DNA from: an uncultured Gammaproteobacteria bacterium
Lineage (GTDB): Bacteria > Patescibacteriota > Patescibacteriia > 2-12-FULL-60-25
Length of the DNA: 64,000 nucleotides
Direction: 5' to 3'
Assembly: GCA_964623645.1 (NCBI GenBank)
Contig: CAZURG010000002.1
Span: 8,041 to 72,040 of the forward strand
Positions 43,656 through 53,658 of this stretch are shown here, piece after piece (positions within the stretch are counted from its first letter, which is position 1; the number at the start of each line of letters is the position of its first letter). The notes under the pieces were generated by a model. The model searched no databases. It was not told the origin of the DNA and saw only the letters and a list, made by a program, of their open reading frames with translations. The translations under genes and the position numbers were made by a program.

Positions 43656-45462
43656 AGTTGCTGGCCGGGAGGCCGCGTTCGAAGCGCTCGTGCGCACGCT
43701 TGAGGCGGGCGTAGGGCCCGTTGGCGCGCGCGAGCTCGGCCGGCGTGCCGATCTCGACGATGCGGCCCTTTTCCATGCAGACGATCCGGTCGACGTTCTG
43801 CACGGTCGCCAGGCGGTGCGCGATGACGATGATCGTGCGGCCGGCGCGGGCCAGGTCAGCGATCGCCTCGTGGATCGACGCGTCGCCCTCCACGTCCACG
43901 TTCGCCGTCGCCTCGTCGAGGAGGATCACCGGCGTCTGGCACAGGAGGGCCCGGGCGATGCCGAGGCGCTGCCGTTGCCCGCCCGACAGGCGCGCGCCCC
44001 GGTCGCCGATGCGCGTGTCGTATCCCTGCGGGAGGGCTTCGATGAAGCCGTGGGCGTGCGCCTGGCGCGCGGCGGCGATGATCTCGTCGCGGGTCGCGTC
44101 GGGGCGGCCGTAGGCGATGTTCTCGGCGGCCGTCCGGTCGAAGAGGTCGGTCTCCTGCGCAACGTAGCCGATGGTCGCGCGCAGGTCGTGCAGCGTCAGC
44201 CGGCGGATGTCGATCCCGTCCAGGAGTACGTGGCCCTTCTGAAGCTCAATCAGCCGGAGGAGCGCCTTCACGAGCGTGGACTTGCCGCCGCCCGACGCGC
44301 CGACGAGGCCGATGATCTCGCCCGCCCGGATCGACAGGTTGATCCCTGCCAGCGCCGCGACCGTCGGGGCGCTCGGATAGGCATACCAGGCGTCCTGCAG
44401 GCAGAGCGCCCCGCGCACGTCGGTGAGCCGCACGGGGTCCTCCGGGTCGGTGATGGTCGGCTCCTGCGAGAGGAGCGCGAACACGTATTGCGCCGCCGCC
44501 GACCCTTCGGCGAACTTGTCGAAGATGTCGATGATCCCCGAGCAGGCGCGGAACAGCCGTTCGGTGAGGATCAGCGCTCCGAGCCCTTCGGCGAGGAGGC
44601 GGGCCTGGCCCGCGGGGGGCGCGTGCCGGATCCGCCACAGGCAGACGCCCAGGCAGGCGATGCAGGCCGCCCCGACCCACGCATGGCGCCAGAGCTTGAG
44701 GCGGTCGTAGCCGCGGTACTCGGCGTACAGCATGGCGGCCCCGGCCGCTTGGCGCTCCTCGACGCGATGGATCTCGTTCTCCTGCTGGTTGTAGGCGCAG
44801 ACCGTGCGGGCGTTCGCGAGGGCCCCGCCGATGAGCCGATCCGTACCGCGGTCCAACTGGTGCCGTCGGAAGCGCGAGACGGCCGTCGAGGCCCGTACCC
44901 ACACGGTCACCCCGATATACGTGATCGTCGCCGGCGCGAGGATGGCCAGGTACAGCCGGTCGTACCAGCTGATGGCGCAGGCCGTCGTGAGGGTGAGGAA
45001 GAGCAGGGGCACCAGGTCGTGCCCCGCGAGGAAGGTGAGGTCGCCGATGCGCGCGATTCCTCGGGAGAGGTCCCCATAGAGGCCTGTGACGTTGTTCGTT
45101 TCGAAGAACGTTCCGTCGAAGGCAAGAAGGCGGCGCAGCAGGCGCGACCGCAGCGTGTGCTGCATTTCCGCGGCCGCCTGCCGGACCCGCTGCGACTTCG
45201 GGATCTCGATCCAGCCTACGAAGGTGTAGAGGCCGAGCAGGGCCAGGCATTCGGCCGCGGTCTTGGGCCAGGCCTCGAGCCCGCGGCGGCTGGCGCGGAT
45301 GAGCAAGTCGGTCATGAGTACCGGCGTGAGCGCGCTGCAGGCCTGCATCACGAAGATGATCAGGCCCGCGATCGCCAGGCGGCGGTGCTGCGCGCGCGAC
45401 AGGTTCCAGTAGGCGCGCAGGAAGGGAAGGAGCTGCAGGTTCGGCGTTTCGGGGTCCATCAA
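43654..45462 (-). CDS. ABC exporter, fused permease/ATPase (MsbA/type I exporter-like)
   Basis: 602 aa. Six-helix TMD, then Walker A GASGGGKST, signature LSGGQRQRLGIARAL and Walker B ILLDEATA. Confidence 0.9.
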   Translation of the reverse strand: MMDPETPNLQLLPFLRAYWNLSRAQHRRLAIAGLIIFVMQACSALTPVLMTDLLIRASRRGLEAWPKTAAECLALLGLYTFVGWIEIPKSQRVRQAAAEMQHTLRSRLLRRLLAFDGTFFETNNVTGLYGDLSRGIARIGDLTFLAGHDLVPLLFLTLTTACAISWYDRLYLAILAPATITYIGVTVWVRASTAVSRFRRHQLDRGTDRLIGGALANARTVCAYNQQENEIHRVEERQAAGAAMLYAEYRGYDRLKLWRHAWVGAACIACLGVCLWRIRHAPPAGQARLLAEGLGALILTERLFRACSGIIDIFDKFAEGSAAAQYVFALLSQEPTITDPEDPVRLTDVRGALCLQDAWYAYPSAPTVAALAGINLSIRAGEIIGLVGASGGGKSTLVKALLRLIELQKGHVLLDGIDIRRLTLHDLRATIGYVAQETDLFDRTAAENIAYGRPDATRDEIIAAARQAHAHGFIEALPQGYDTRIGDRGARLSGGQRQRLGIARALLCQTPVILLDEATANVDVEGDASIHEAIADLARAGRTIIVIAHRLATVQNVDRIVCMEKGRIVEIGTPAELARANGPYARLKRAHERFERGLPASN

Positions 45463-45567
45463 CGGGCCTTTCGGGTGGAAGGGGCGGGGTTCTTGAGGGC
45501 TTAGGCGAGCCCTAAAGATTGTCTCATCTTAGGGAAAAAAGCTACGTTGTCAATGACCCTCAGAGGC

Positions 45568-45596
45568 TTGACAGGGCGGACGCGCGTTGCCATTCT
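45568..45596 (+). promoter_or_regulatory. Sigma70-like promoter
   Basis: TTGACA, 17 nt ending in TGC, then CATTCT (weak -10). Confidence 0.35.
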
Positions 45597-45613
45597 TGGC
45601 CCCGGAGGCATGC

Positions 45614-46123
45614 ATGAGCCAAGATCTCGAACGCGAACTGACAATCCTTCATGAAACGCTCATCCGTTTTCATCAGGAGGACCGGGCCGCCACGAAAAGC
45701 GGTCTCCGCACCCATGACCAGGGGGAGCTGCCACCTCTCCCGTCGCCGCTCCCTCCGGCTCTCGTGGTCTGGTTCCTGGGCGGTCCCGACGAGCCGCTCG
45801 AGCGCGTCGTCCGCCGCCTCATGCTCACCGCAGAGATGTGCGATTGGCCGTGTGGCCAAAAGCATGCGTATACCCAGCTCCCTTACGCATCCGCTCTCCT
45901 GCGGACGGTGGTCCCAATGCTGATGCATCGACAGGATCCGGCATTTCCTGCGCTCCTTTCGTTTCGCTGGCAGCGGGATGAGATGCGGGAAGGTCAGCTC
46001 GCTTCGGACCTGCGCCGCCTCTCGCTTCGGTTCCATGAGATGATGACCGCTGGGTGCGGTTGCTCCCGTCTCTTCTGTGACAAGTATCGGTCGGCCTTTG
46101 CGCCCCCGCTTTTCGCCGACTAG
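45614..46123 (+). CDS. Hypothetical protein
   Basis: ATG at 45614 (MSQDLEREL), downstream of the promoter-like site. The antisense 158-aa ORF is an alternative, so the strand is uncertain. Confidence 0.35.
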   Translation: MSQDLERELTILHETLIRFHQEDRAATKSGLRTHDQGELPPLPSPLPPALVVWFLGGPDEPLERVVRRLMLTAEMCDWPCGQKHAYTQLPYASALLRTVVPMLMHRQDPAFPALLSFRWQRDEMREGQLASDLRRLSLRFHEMMTAGCGCSRLFCDKYRSAFAPPLFAD

Positions 46124-46965
46124 TCCGCCTGCCGCTCGTGCAGGCGTTTTTTCGTCTCCTGTTTCACGACTTCCACGCCGTACAGGAAGATCTGCGCCTC
46201 ATAGAACACCCAGACGAGGAAGACGGCTAACGATCCCGCCGCGCCATATAACGACGCGATGCTCGTCCGCCCAAGATAGAACCCGATCACGAATTTCCCG
46301 ACGTTGAACAGGACCGCCGTCAGGAACGCCGCTGGCCACACGGCCCGCCAGGGGACGCGCGCATCCGGGAGGTATTTGAAGATGCCGGCAAAGAGGACGG
46401 TAATCACCCCGAGCGAGACCACCGCGTTGCCGATGGGCAGCAGCCACAGCAGGTCGATCCCTAATTGCGCGCTCAGGAAGGCGTTGCTTTGCGTGAGGAT
46501 GGCGCTCGCCGCAAGGGAAGCGAGCAAGAGCACGCCCGTGGCTCCCAGCAAGAACAGCAGGAGGAGGTAGTGCGAGATCTTTTCCCAGGTCGTACGCGCT
46601 CGTTTCGGCGCGTCCCAGATCAGGTTCACGCCTTCGCGCAACCGTTGCACGCCATTGATGGCCCCGAAGAGGGTGATCCCGATGCCGATCAGCACCGCCC
46701 AGCCGCTTTGCGCCGCAAACTGCTGCTGTTCCAAGAGGGAGGTCACGAGCCCCGCCGTCTGTGGACCGAAAAAATCGCCGATCATCGTCAGGAAGGCGGC
46801 CTGGTTATCGGCTTGCCCGTACAACGCCCCCGCGATGCCGAGCGCCACGATGAGGAGGGGTGCGAGCGAGAACACGGCATGGTACGAGAGCGCCGCCGCC
46901 AGGTACGAGGCCTGGTCCGCCCGCCAGGCGCGGAAGGCGGTTTTTAGGTCGTGGAGGGAGAGCAT
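46120..46965 (-). CDS. YihY/BrkB-family membrane protein
   Basis: 281 aa. SYLAAALSYHAVFSLAPLLIVALGIAG and six helices fit the family. Confidence 0.85.
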   Translation of the reverse strand: MLSLHDLKTAFRAWRADQASYLAAALSYHAVFSLAPLLIVALGIAGALYGQADNQAAFLTMIGDFFGPQTAGLVTSLLEQQQFAAQSGWAVLIGIGITLFGAINGVQRLREGVNLIWDAPKRARTTWEKISHYLLLLFLLGATGVLLLASLAASAILTQSNAFLSAQLGIDLLWLLPIGNAVVSLGVITVLFAGIFKYLPDARVPWRAVWPAAFLTAVLFNVGKFVIGFYLGRTSIASLYGAAGSLAVFLVWVFYEAQIFLYGVEVVKQETKKRLHERQAD

Positions 46966-46970
46966 ACGGG

Positions 46971-47285
46971 TTACCGGGGAAGCGGCTTACGGAGGAGGCG
47001 GACCCCACCCGTCGCGCAGAGCGCGCCGATGATCCCCGCCACGAGCGCCGTCCAGAGGCTCGCGAAACTCCAGTCCGTCTTCTGGATGAGGAACAGGAAG
47101 AACCCCGCCAGGAAAAACAGGAACGTCACGAAGAACGAGATCCCCGCCGCGACGAAACAGGCGAGCCCCAGTCCGAAGTGCTGGATGTATGGCCGGACCG
47201 CCAGCATGGTCGCCGCGAGGGTCCCTTTGATCTGCGTGCCCATCTGATAGCCGAGGTATTTGAAAAGGAGGGAGAAGAAAGGCAT
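46971..47285 (-). CDS. Small two- or three-helix membrane protein (possibly phage-holin-family/DUF1469-like)
   Basis: 104 aa, 5 nt upstream of the YihY-family gene. The family assignment is tentative. Confidence 0.5.
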   Translation of the reverse strand: MPFFSLLFKYLGYQMGTQIKGTLAATMLAVRPYIQHFGLGLACFVAAGISFFVTFLFFLAGFFLFLIQKTDWSFASLWTALVAGIIGALCATGGVRLLRKPLPR

Positions 47286-47420
47286 GGGGGTAGTTTGGGT
47301 GATTGGCGGGGAGGCGTAAAGGGCCGTGTCACTGCGTGGCTCGATCTCCGCCGTTCTTCGTTCGTGGTAAAAAATCCCTTAAAATCGGCATATTCCTGCC
47401 TCTTTTGGTTCGCTCGCCCC

Positions 47421-47449
47421 TTGACACGCCCCCAAATATCTGCTAATAA
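47421..47449 (+). promoter_or_regulatory. Sigma70-like promoter with extended -10
   Basis: TTGACA (47421-47426), 17 nt ending in TGC, TAATAA (47444-47449). Confidence 0.5.
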
Positions 47450-47502
47450 TCGACCGTTGGACCGGCCCACGGTGGGTCGGTGCCCTTTTCACGGAGGAGA
47501 CC

Positions 47503-48669
47503 ATGGCACTGGACATGAATTTCGCCCTTCCCGGTTCGCTCGACAAGTTCGGGTACGCCCTCGACATGATGCGGCGCGCCCGCGGCCCGAAGGGGATCTG
47601 GGCCAGCCCGGACGCGGAAAGCCGCTACGGCAACACCATCTGGATGCGGGACGCGGCCTACTTCCTGTTGCCTCTCCTGCTCAAGCTCGGGGAGTACGGA
47701 CTGGTCCGCACCCACCTCGAGAACGTCAGCCGCCTCCAGCGGCCGAACGGGCAGATCCCCATCGTCTTCCTCGACGATGAGGCCGCCTGGCTCGCCCGCA
47801 AGCTCAAGCAGGAGCAGGACGCGGGCCGCGAGCCCTTCATGCTCAAGCGCTACCGGGAGGGCGCGCTCTGGGAGCTCACCGACGGCACGCGGGATTCCGA
47901 GGTCTGCTACCTCCTCGCGATGTACGACTACGCCCACGTGACGGGGGACGCGCGCTTCCTCGAGACGTGGCGCCCCCAGCTCGAGGCGGCCCTCGCCTAC
48001 GTCGAGACGCACCTCATGCGCGACGGGCTCATGGTCGGCGCCGACTGGCGCGATACCATGCACGAGGAGCTGGGCGACAAGCCCCTCCTCAGCAACAACA
48101 TGATCCTCTTTCGGGTCTACCGGTACCGGGACGACTTCAGGAAGATCAACGACCTCATCCGGCGCATCCACGAGACGTTCCTCGTCCCGAGCGGGCGGAG
48201 TGAGGGTGGAGCCGTCCTCTCTGGTCGGCTCATCGACTACCCCGGTTCGGACCGGCCCGACCCGCTCGGGGCGGCCTTCATCATCCTTCACGGTGGGCCG
48301 TTCTTCTACACGGGTCCGCTGTGGGAGGCTGCCCTCCAGGTCTTCACCGACCTCGACACGCCTTACGGCGTCACCATCAAGTGCAAGCACAAGGCCGCGC
48401 ACGGCGGCAAGCCCGATGAGGCCGAGGTGATCGAGGCGACCGACGGCGTGGTGGTCTGGCCGTTCGTGCAGGCCTTCGTCGTGCGGGCCCTCCTGCGGGC
48501 GGAGAAGGGGGAGGAGGCCGCCCACCACCTCCGGACCCTGCACCGTCACCCCACCTTCCCCGAGTGGATCGACCCCCGCACGGGGGAGTGGTACGGCGCC
48601 GCCGAGCAGCTCTGGAGCGCCGCCGGCTACGCCCTCGCCTTCCTCGAGGCGACGGCCTTCCGCCGCTGA
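47503..48669 (+). CDS. (alpha/alpha)6-barrel glycoside hydrolase-like protein (GDE_C/GH100-like)
   Basis: 388 aa. NTIWMRDAAYFLLPLL, QRPNGQIPIVF, MVGADWRDTM and WSAAGYALAF fit amylo-alpha-1,6-glucosidase/neutral-invertase-type toroids. Confidence 0.55.
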   Translation: MALDMNFALPGSLDKFGYALDMMRRARGPKGIWASPDAESRYGNTIWMRDAAYFLLPLLLKLGEYGLVRTHLENVSRLQRPNGQIPIVFLDDEAAWLARKLKQEQDAGREPFMLKRYREGALWELTDGTRDSEVCYLLAMYDYAHVTGDARFLETWRPQLEAALAYVETHLMRDGLMVGADWRDTMHEELGDKPLLSNNMILFRVYRYRDDFRKINDLIRRIHETFLVPSGRSEGGAVLSGRLIDYPGSDRPDPLGAAFIILHGGPFFYTGPLWEAALQVFTDLDTPYGVTIKCKHKAAHGGKPDEAEVIEATDGVVVWPFVQAFVVRALLRAEKGEEAAHHLRTLHRHPTFPEWIDPRTGEWYGAAEQLWSAAGYALAFLEATAFRR

Positions 48670-48678
48670 TAGTCGCTA

Positions 48679-48712
48679 CGTCCGGATGTCCGCATCCGGG
48701 CGTTTTTCTTTT
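48679..48712 (+). terminator. Rho-independent terminator
   Basis: cgtccggatg-tccg-catccgggcg (one G-U pair) followed by tttttctttt. Confidence 0.6.
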
Positions 48713-48840
48713 ACCTTGACCTCTTTTTATTCATGAAGAATTCATGAAGCGCGCGCTTGCCTTTCCGATGCCCGTTGCCTACGGTGTGTCCTTGACCCCT
48801 GCCCGCCGCGACTGGTTCCGGCGTCGCTGGTCCCTCTTGT

Positions 48841-50853
48841 ATGCCCAACCCCCTTTCCTCCCTTTTCGGGAAAAAACTTCCCATAGCCGGTCTCGTCTTG
48901 GTCCTCGCCGGCGTCGGCTACAAGGTTGCCGACCCGTTTGCCTCCAAAGAGCCGCTCCGATATGTCGTCGCCTCCGCCAGTCGGCAGACGCTCGTCTCGT
49001 CCGTCGCGGCGAGCGGCCAGGTATCGGGCGAGAACCAGCTCGACCTGAAGCCGACCGTCTCCGGTCAGATAAAAACGGTTTCCGTGAAACCGGGCCAGAC
49101 CGTCTCGACGAGCACGGTCCTCTTTACGATCGATCCGAAAGAAGCCCAAAAGACGGTCCGCGATGCGGCCCAAGCGGTGAACGACGCGCGCCTTTCGCTC
49201 GAATCGTCCCAAATCTCCCTCCAGAAGCTTCGCCTGCCGCCGGATGCCGTCGCGCTTACGCAAGCGCGCCACAGCGTCGACCAGGCCCGTCGTGCGCTCG
49301 ACGACCTGCGCGCCGGTCCCGACCAGGCCGACGTCCAACAAGCCCAGCAGGACTATTTCATCCAACAGCAGAAAGTGCAGCTCTCCGCCGACGGCAAGAC
49401 GCCAAACCTGCTGCGTGACGCCTACGACGACGCCGTCCCGACCGCGCGCAGCGCCTCGCAGACCGTGCAGACCGCCCTCCGCAACCTCGACGAGCTCTTG
49501 CGCGTCGTCGGCCAGAGCAACCTGAACGGTTCCTACGAATACAGCCGCCTCGTGTCGGTTATGAACCCGAACCAGACGGGCGGGAACCTATATGAGGGCG
49601 TACAGACGTCGGCGCAGGCCCTCAAGGGCCAGGCCGATGCCCTGCGCGCGACCGGTGAGGATCCGGCAAACGTCGATGCCGCCCTGCGAAGCGGGCGGAC
49701 GGCGCTGGATTTGCTCGTTCCGCTCTTGCAGCAGGCCGAAACATTGACGCAAGTGCTCGTCCCGTCGAGTGCGCTCACGCAGACGACGATCGATTCCCTC
49801 AAGAGTTCGGTGCGTTCTGATCGCAGCGATGTCGCCTCGAAAGGCACATCCGTCACCTCCGCCATCCAGGCCCTCGACCAGGCGAAGACCGACTTGCAGA
49901 CGCAGCGCCTTGCGGTCGAGAAGGCGCTACTCAATCTCCAGAAGGTGCAGCGCGGGGCCGAGCCGAACGAGATCACGACGGCGGAAGAGCGTCTCGCCGA
50001 GGCGCAGGCTTCCCTCGCGAAGCTGCAACAGGGCGCGACGGCACTTGACCTTGCCACGGCCCAAAACGGCATCGAACAGCGCCGCTCTTCCTTCGTATCG
50101 GCCCAGCAGCGCCTCACCGACGCTCAGGAACAGCTGAAGGCCTACACCATATACGCCCCTTTTGAAGGCATCATGGCGACCGTGCCCGTGCGGGTCGGTG
50201 ACCAGGCCTCGCCCTCGACCGTCTTGGGATCGCTCCTGACCAAGGCAAAAATCGCGACGGTCTCGCTGAACGAGGTCGACGTTTCCAAGATCCAGGTCGG
50301 TCAGAAGGCTACCCTCACGTTCGATGCCTTACCGGATTTGCAGATCGCGGGTTCCGTGAGCCAAATCGACACGCTCGGGACCGTGAGCCAGGGCGTCGTG
50401 AGCTATGCCGTCAAGGTCGCGTTCCTCACCGAGGACGCGCGCGTGAAACCGGGGATGAGCGTTGCCCTCTCCATTATCACCGATGTCCGTCCTGACGTGT
50501 TGGCCGTCCCGAACGGGGCGATCCAACAGGTCGGCGGCCAGCCGACGGTGCAGGTGTTGGCCGTGTCGGCGGCCACGGAGGCGTCCGCGAATGCCGCGCA
50601 AGGCATCCCTTCCGAGGTTCCGCCCGAAGCCCGTTCGATCCAGGTCGGCTTCGCGAACGACCAGTTTACGGAGATCGTGGGCGGCCTGGAGGTCGGTGAG
50701 CAAGTGGTCGTGCGAACGATTGACCCGAACGTCACAACCGCTTCTACGGGGGCTGCCGGCGGCTCGGGGGCGGCCGTCCGAATTCCTGGTCTCACGGGTG
50801 GGGCTGGGCAAGGTGGCGGCGCGGTCTTTCGCGGCGGTGCAGCCCCCCGTTAA
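48841..50853 (+). CDS. HlyD/MacA-type periplasmic adaptor with an unusually long coiled coil
   Basis: 670 aa. N-terminal anchor, GQIKTVSVKPGQTVSTSTVLFTID (lipoyl-like), ~330 aa of Q/A/L-rich coiled coil, then YTIYAPFEGIMATVPVRVGD and a beta-barrel region. Confidence 0.85.
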   Translation: MPNPLSSLFGKKLPIAGLVLVLAGVGYKVADPFASKEPLRYVVASASRQTLVSSVAASGQVSGENQLDLKPTVSGQIKTVSVKPGQTVSTSTVLFTIDPKEAQKTVRDAAQAVNDARLSLESSQISLQKLRLPPDAVALTQARHSVDQARRALDDLRAGPDQADVQQAQQDYFIQQQKVQLSADGKTPNLLRDAYDDAVPTARSASQTVQTALRNLDELLRVVGQSNLNGSYEYSRLVSVMNPNQTGGNLYEGVQTSAQALKGQADALRATGEDPANVDAALRSGRTALDLLVPLLQQAETLTQVLVPSSALTQTTIDSLKSSVRSDRSDVASKGTSVTSAIQALDQAKTDLQTQRLAVEKALLNLQKVQRGAEPNEITTAEERLAEAQASLAKLQQGATALDLATAQNGIEQRRSSFVSAQQRLTDAQEQLKAYTIYAPFEGIMATVPVRVGDQASPSTVLGSLLTKAKIATVSLNEVDVSKIQVGQKATLTFDALPDLQIAGSVSQIDTLGTVSQGVVSYAVKVAFLTEDARVKPGMSVALSIITDVRPDVLAVPNGAIQQVGGQPTVQVLAVSAATEASANAAQGIPSEVPPEARSIQVGFANDQFTEIVGGLEVGEQVVVRTIDPNVTTASTGAAGGSGAAVRIPGLTGGAGQGGGAVFRGGAAPR

Positions 50854-50858
50854 CGTCT

Positions 50859-51569
50859 ATGATCGAGCTTCATGACATTCGGAAGGAATACCAGACGGGC
50901 AAGGAGGTGACCCAAGTGCTGCGCGGCATCTCCTTTACCGTGCCTAAGGGCGCGTTCGTGGCCATCATGGGCCCGTCGGGTTCCGGCAAGTCGACCCTCA
51001 TGAACATGGTCGGCGCGCTCGACGTGCCGACGACGGGAACCTATCGCCTCGACGGGCAAGACGTGTCGTCGGTCCCGCTTGAGCAGCTGGCCGCGATCCG
51101 CAAGACGAAGATCGGCTTCGTGTTCCAGTCGTTCCACCTGCTCCCGCGCGCGACCGTCCTGCGCAACGTCTGCCTGCCGCTCGTGTACATGGGAATCCCG
51201 AAGGAGGAGCGTGAGCGTCGGGCCCGGTTGGCCTTGGCGGCGGTCGGGCTCGACGAATCGCGCCACCTGCATACGCCGAGCCAGCTCTCTGGCGGGCAGA
51301 TGCAGCGCGTGGCCATCGCCCGCGCCCTCGTGAACGATCCGGCCCTGATCCTCGCCGACGAGCCGACGGGGAACCTCGACTCGAAGACGGGCGACATTGT
51401 CCTCGGCACCTTCCAGCGCCTGCACGCCGAAGGCCGGACCATCATTCTCATCACCCATGAGCCGTATGTCGCCGAGCATGCCGAGCGGATCCTCGTGATC
51501 CGTGACGGGGCGCTCGTCGAGGATCGGGTGAATAAAGACCGTCGTCTCCAAACGTATGAGGCTGCCTGA
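50859..51569 (+). CDS. ABC transporter ATP-binding protein (MacB/LolD/FtsE class)
   Basis: 236 aa. Motifs: [36 protein letters not shown]. Confidence 0.9.
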   Translation: MIELHDIRKEYQTGKEVTQVLRGISFTVPKGAFVAIMGPSGSGKSTLMNMVGALDVPTTGTYRLDGQDVSSVPLEQLAAIRKTKIGFVFQSFHLLPRATVLRNVCLPLVYMGIPKEERERRARLALAAVGLDESRHLHTPSQLSGGQMQRVAIARALVNDPALILADEPTGNLDSKTGDIVLGTFQRLHAEGRTIILITHEPYVAEHAERILVIRDGALVEDRVNKDRRLQTYEAA

Positions 51570-52776
51570 TCTTCTTGAGGAAGTGTACCTGGGGGTCTCG
51601 TCCAACAAGGTCCGTTCGGGGCTCACCATGCTCGGGATCGTGATCGGGATCGCCTCGGTCATCGCCATGCTCTCGATCGGGCAGGGAGCGAAGGCGCAGA
51701 TCGAATCGAACATCCAATCGATCGGCTCGAACCTGCTGCTCGTGATGCCGGGCGTGCAGCGCGGGGTTGGGGGAGGGGTGAGTGCCGGGCGAGGGTCGGC
51801 TCAGACGTTGACGTATGAGGACGCGAAGGCTCTCGCCGGGGTCGAGGGCGTCAAGGCGGTCGCGCCGGAGATTTCCCGTCGATATCAGCTCGCGGCGAAA
51901 GGGACGAACACGAATACCCAAGTGGTCGGTACGACCCCGGCGTATCTCGGCGTCCGCAATGTCACGGTCGAGACCGGCGCCTTCTTCTCGGAATCCCAAC
52001 TGGCCTCCCGCGCGAAAGTCGCCGTGATCGGCCCGACCGTCCGTGACGACCTGTTCGGGGCCGACGCCTCGCCGATCGGCAGCCAGCTCCGCATCAACGG
52101 CCTGCTCTTCACGGTGGTCGGCGTGACGGCAGCGAAGGGCGGTTCCGGGTTCGCGAACCAGGATGACCTCGTGCTCGTTCCGCTCACGACGGCGGCCACG
52201 TTCCTCGCGGGGAGCGACAATGTCGGAACCATCGCGGTGCAGGCGACCGATGCGAACGCGATGGCGAATGCGCAGGTCGGAATTACTTCTGTCCTGCTTT
52301 CACGCCATCGGATCAGCGATCCTGTCGCGGCGGACTTCAGCGTCCTCAACCAGGCGGACCTCGTGAGCGCGGCCTCGAGCGTCACGAACACCTTCACGAC
52401 GCTGCTCGCCTCCATCGCGGGGATCTCGCTCCTCGTGGGCGGGATCGGGATCATGAACATGATGCTCACGACCGTCACCGAGCGCACGCGCGAGATCGGC
52501 CTGCGCCAGGCCATCGGGGCCGAGAAAGGGGAGATCGTCGGGCAGTTCCTCGGTGAGGCGGTGCTCCTTACGCTTCTCGGCGGCCTGATCGGGATCCTGA
52601 TTGGGTATGGGATTGCGCGGCTACTGCAGACGCTCACGCAGTTGCCGACGACGGTCGCCTGGAGCTCGGTGTTCCTGGCCTGCGGCGTGTCGGTGGGGAT
52701 CGGGCTCGTCTTCGGCTTCTATCCGGCGCGACGAGCCGCGGGCCTGAATCCGATTCAGGCCTTACGGTACGAGTGA
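51556..52776 (+). CDS. ABC transporter permease (MacB-like, FtsX domain)
   Basis: 406 aa. TM1, a periplasmic domain and three C-terminal helices containing [14 protein letters not shown]. It overlaps the ATPase gene by 14 nt. Confidence 0.9.
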   Translation: MRLPDLLEEVYLGVSSNKVRSGLTMLGIVIGIASVIAMLSIGQGAKAQIESNIQSIGSNLLLVMPGVQRGVGGGVSAGRGSAQTLTYEDAKALAGVEGVKAVAPEISRRYQLAAKGTNTNTQVVGTTPAYLGVRNVTVETGAFFSESQLASRAKVAVIGPTVRDDLFGADASPIGSQLRINGLLFTVVGVTAAKGGSGFANQDDLVLVPLTTAATFLAGSDNVGTIAVQATDANAMANAQVGITSVLLSRHRISDPVAADFSVLNQADLVSAASSVTNTFTTLLASIAGISLLVGGIGIMNMMLTTVTERTREIGLRQAIGAEKGEIVGQFLGEAVLLTLLGGLIGILIGYGIARLLQTLTQLPTTVAWSSVFLACGVSVGIGLVFGFYPARRAAGLNPIQALRYE

Positions 52777-52820
52777 GGCACGGTCGGGATGATCTAGTTC
52801 TTTCATTCTTCCTATCAGCT

Positions 52821-53258
52821 ATGCAAAAATATCTTGCTCCGTTGGTCATTGGCGGGATCGTTCTTCTGGGTGGATCGTTCTATGGCGGGATGCGGTATCA
52901 GCAGGCGAAGGCGCCAGCCGCTGGGCCTATGCGTTTTGGGGCGGGTTTGGGTGCTGGGAACGGGCCGTTTGCCGCTCGACGTGGGGCTGGAGGCGCGCCG
53001 AATGGGATGGGGCTGCTCGCTGGGGAAGTCCTCACGAAAGATGCGAATTCCCTTACGCTCAAGCTGCGCGACGGCGGTTCGCGGATCGTGTTCTACAGCA
53101 CGTCCACCCGCGTAAGCAAGATGGCGGACGGGATGATCGGGGATGTCGCTACCGGGGTGACGGTGACGGTCAATGGGGCGACGAACCAGGATGGGAGTGT
53201 TACGGCGGAGATGATCCAGTTGCGACCGAACGTACCACCGATGGGGGAGCGGCCGTAA
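52821..53258 (+). CDS. Small secreted protein (DUF5666-like OB/beta domain)
   Basis: ATG at 52821. Anchor: LVIGGIVLLGGSFYGGMRYQQAKAP. A G-rich linker follows, then GEVLTKDANSLTLKLRDGGSRIVFYS...DGSVTAEMIQLRP. Confidence 0.65.
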   Translation: MQKYLAPLVIGGIVLLGGSFYGGMRYQQAKAPAAGPMRFGAGLGAGNGPFAARRGAGGAPNGMGLLAGEVLTKDANSLTLKLRDGGSRIVFYSTSTRVSKMADGMIGDVATGVTVTVNGATNQDGSVTAEMIQLRPNVPPMGERP

Positions 53259-53259
53259 G

Positions 53260-53292
53260 AAAAAAAACCCACGCCATTTCGGCGTGGGTTTG
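53260..53292. terminator. Bidirectional terminator
   Basis: aaaaaaa-acccacgcc-atttc-ggcgtgggt-tt, between convergent genes. Confidence 0.65.
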
Positions 53293-53307
53293 GTGAAAAA
53301 AGCGGCC

Positions 53308-53658
53308 TCAGCTGACGAAACGATCCAGTTGTTTCTTGATCCGGACGACGACGGTCGCTAGGTCGCGCGCGGCGTTCAGGGCGTCATTCCATTCGTCTAG
53401 GTCTACTTCGCCGCTCTGTCCGGCGCGCGCCTCGATTTGTCCGAGATTTCGTTCGGCCTCCCATAAGACGGATTCCGCTTCACGGAGGTTTGCCGTGAAC
53501 TGCTGGCGGAGGCGTTCCGTGTGCACGTCGGATGTCTCTGGGCGCCCGTAAGATGCATTCACCCCCCGCTCGGGGGCTCTCGATGGTGCGGTGGATACGG
53601 TTGTGCGTCGGTCGAACGCGTCCGCGTCATAACGTTGGCGGAATGATTCTCCTATCAT
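53308..53658 (-). CDS. Hypothetical helical protein
   Basis: ATG at 53658 (MIGESFRQRY). The track's upstream extension overlaps the ABC-F start region. Confidence 0.45.
   Translation of the reverse strand: MIGESFRQRYDADAFDRRTTVSTAPSRAPERGVNASYGRPETSDVHTERLRQQFTANLREAESVLWEAERNLGQIEARAGQSGEVDLDEWNDALNAARDLATVVVRIKKQLDRFVS

Noticed and set aside
43690-45504. 604-aa + strand ORF
   Set aside because: It is antisense to a textbook ABC exporter with complete Walker A, signature and Walker B motifs. The translation is R/G/A/P/D-rich low-complexity sequence, typical of spurious antisense frames in GC-rich DNA.
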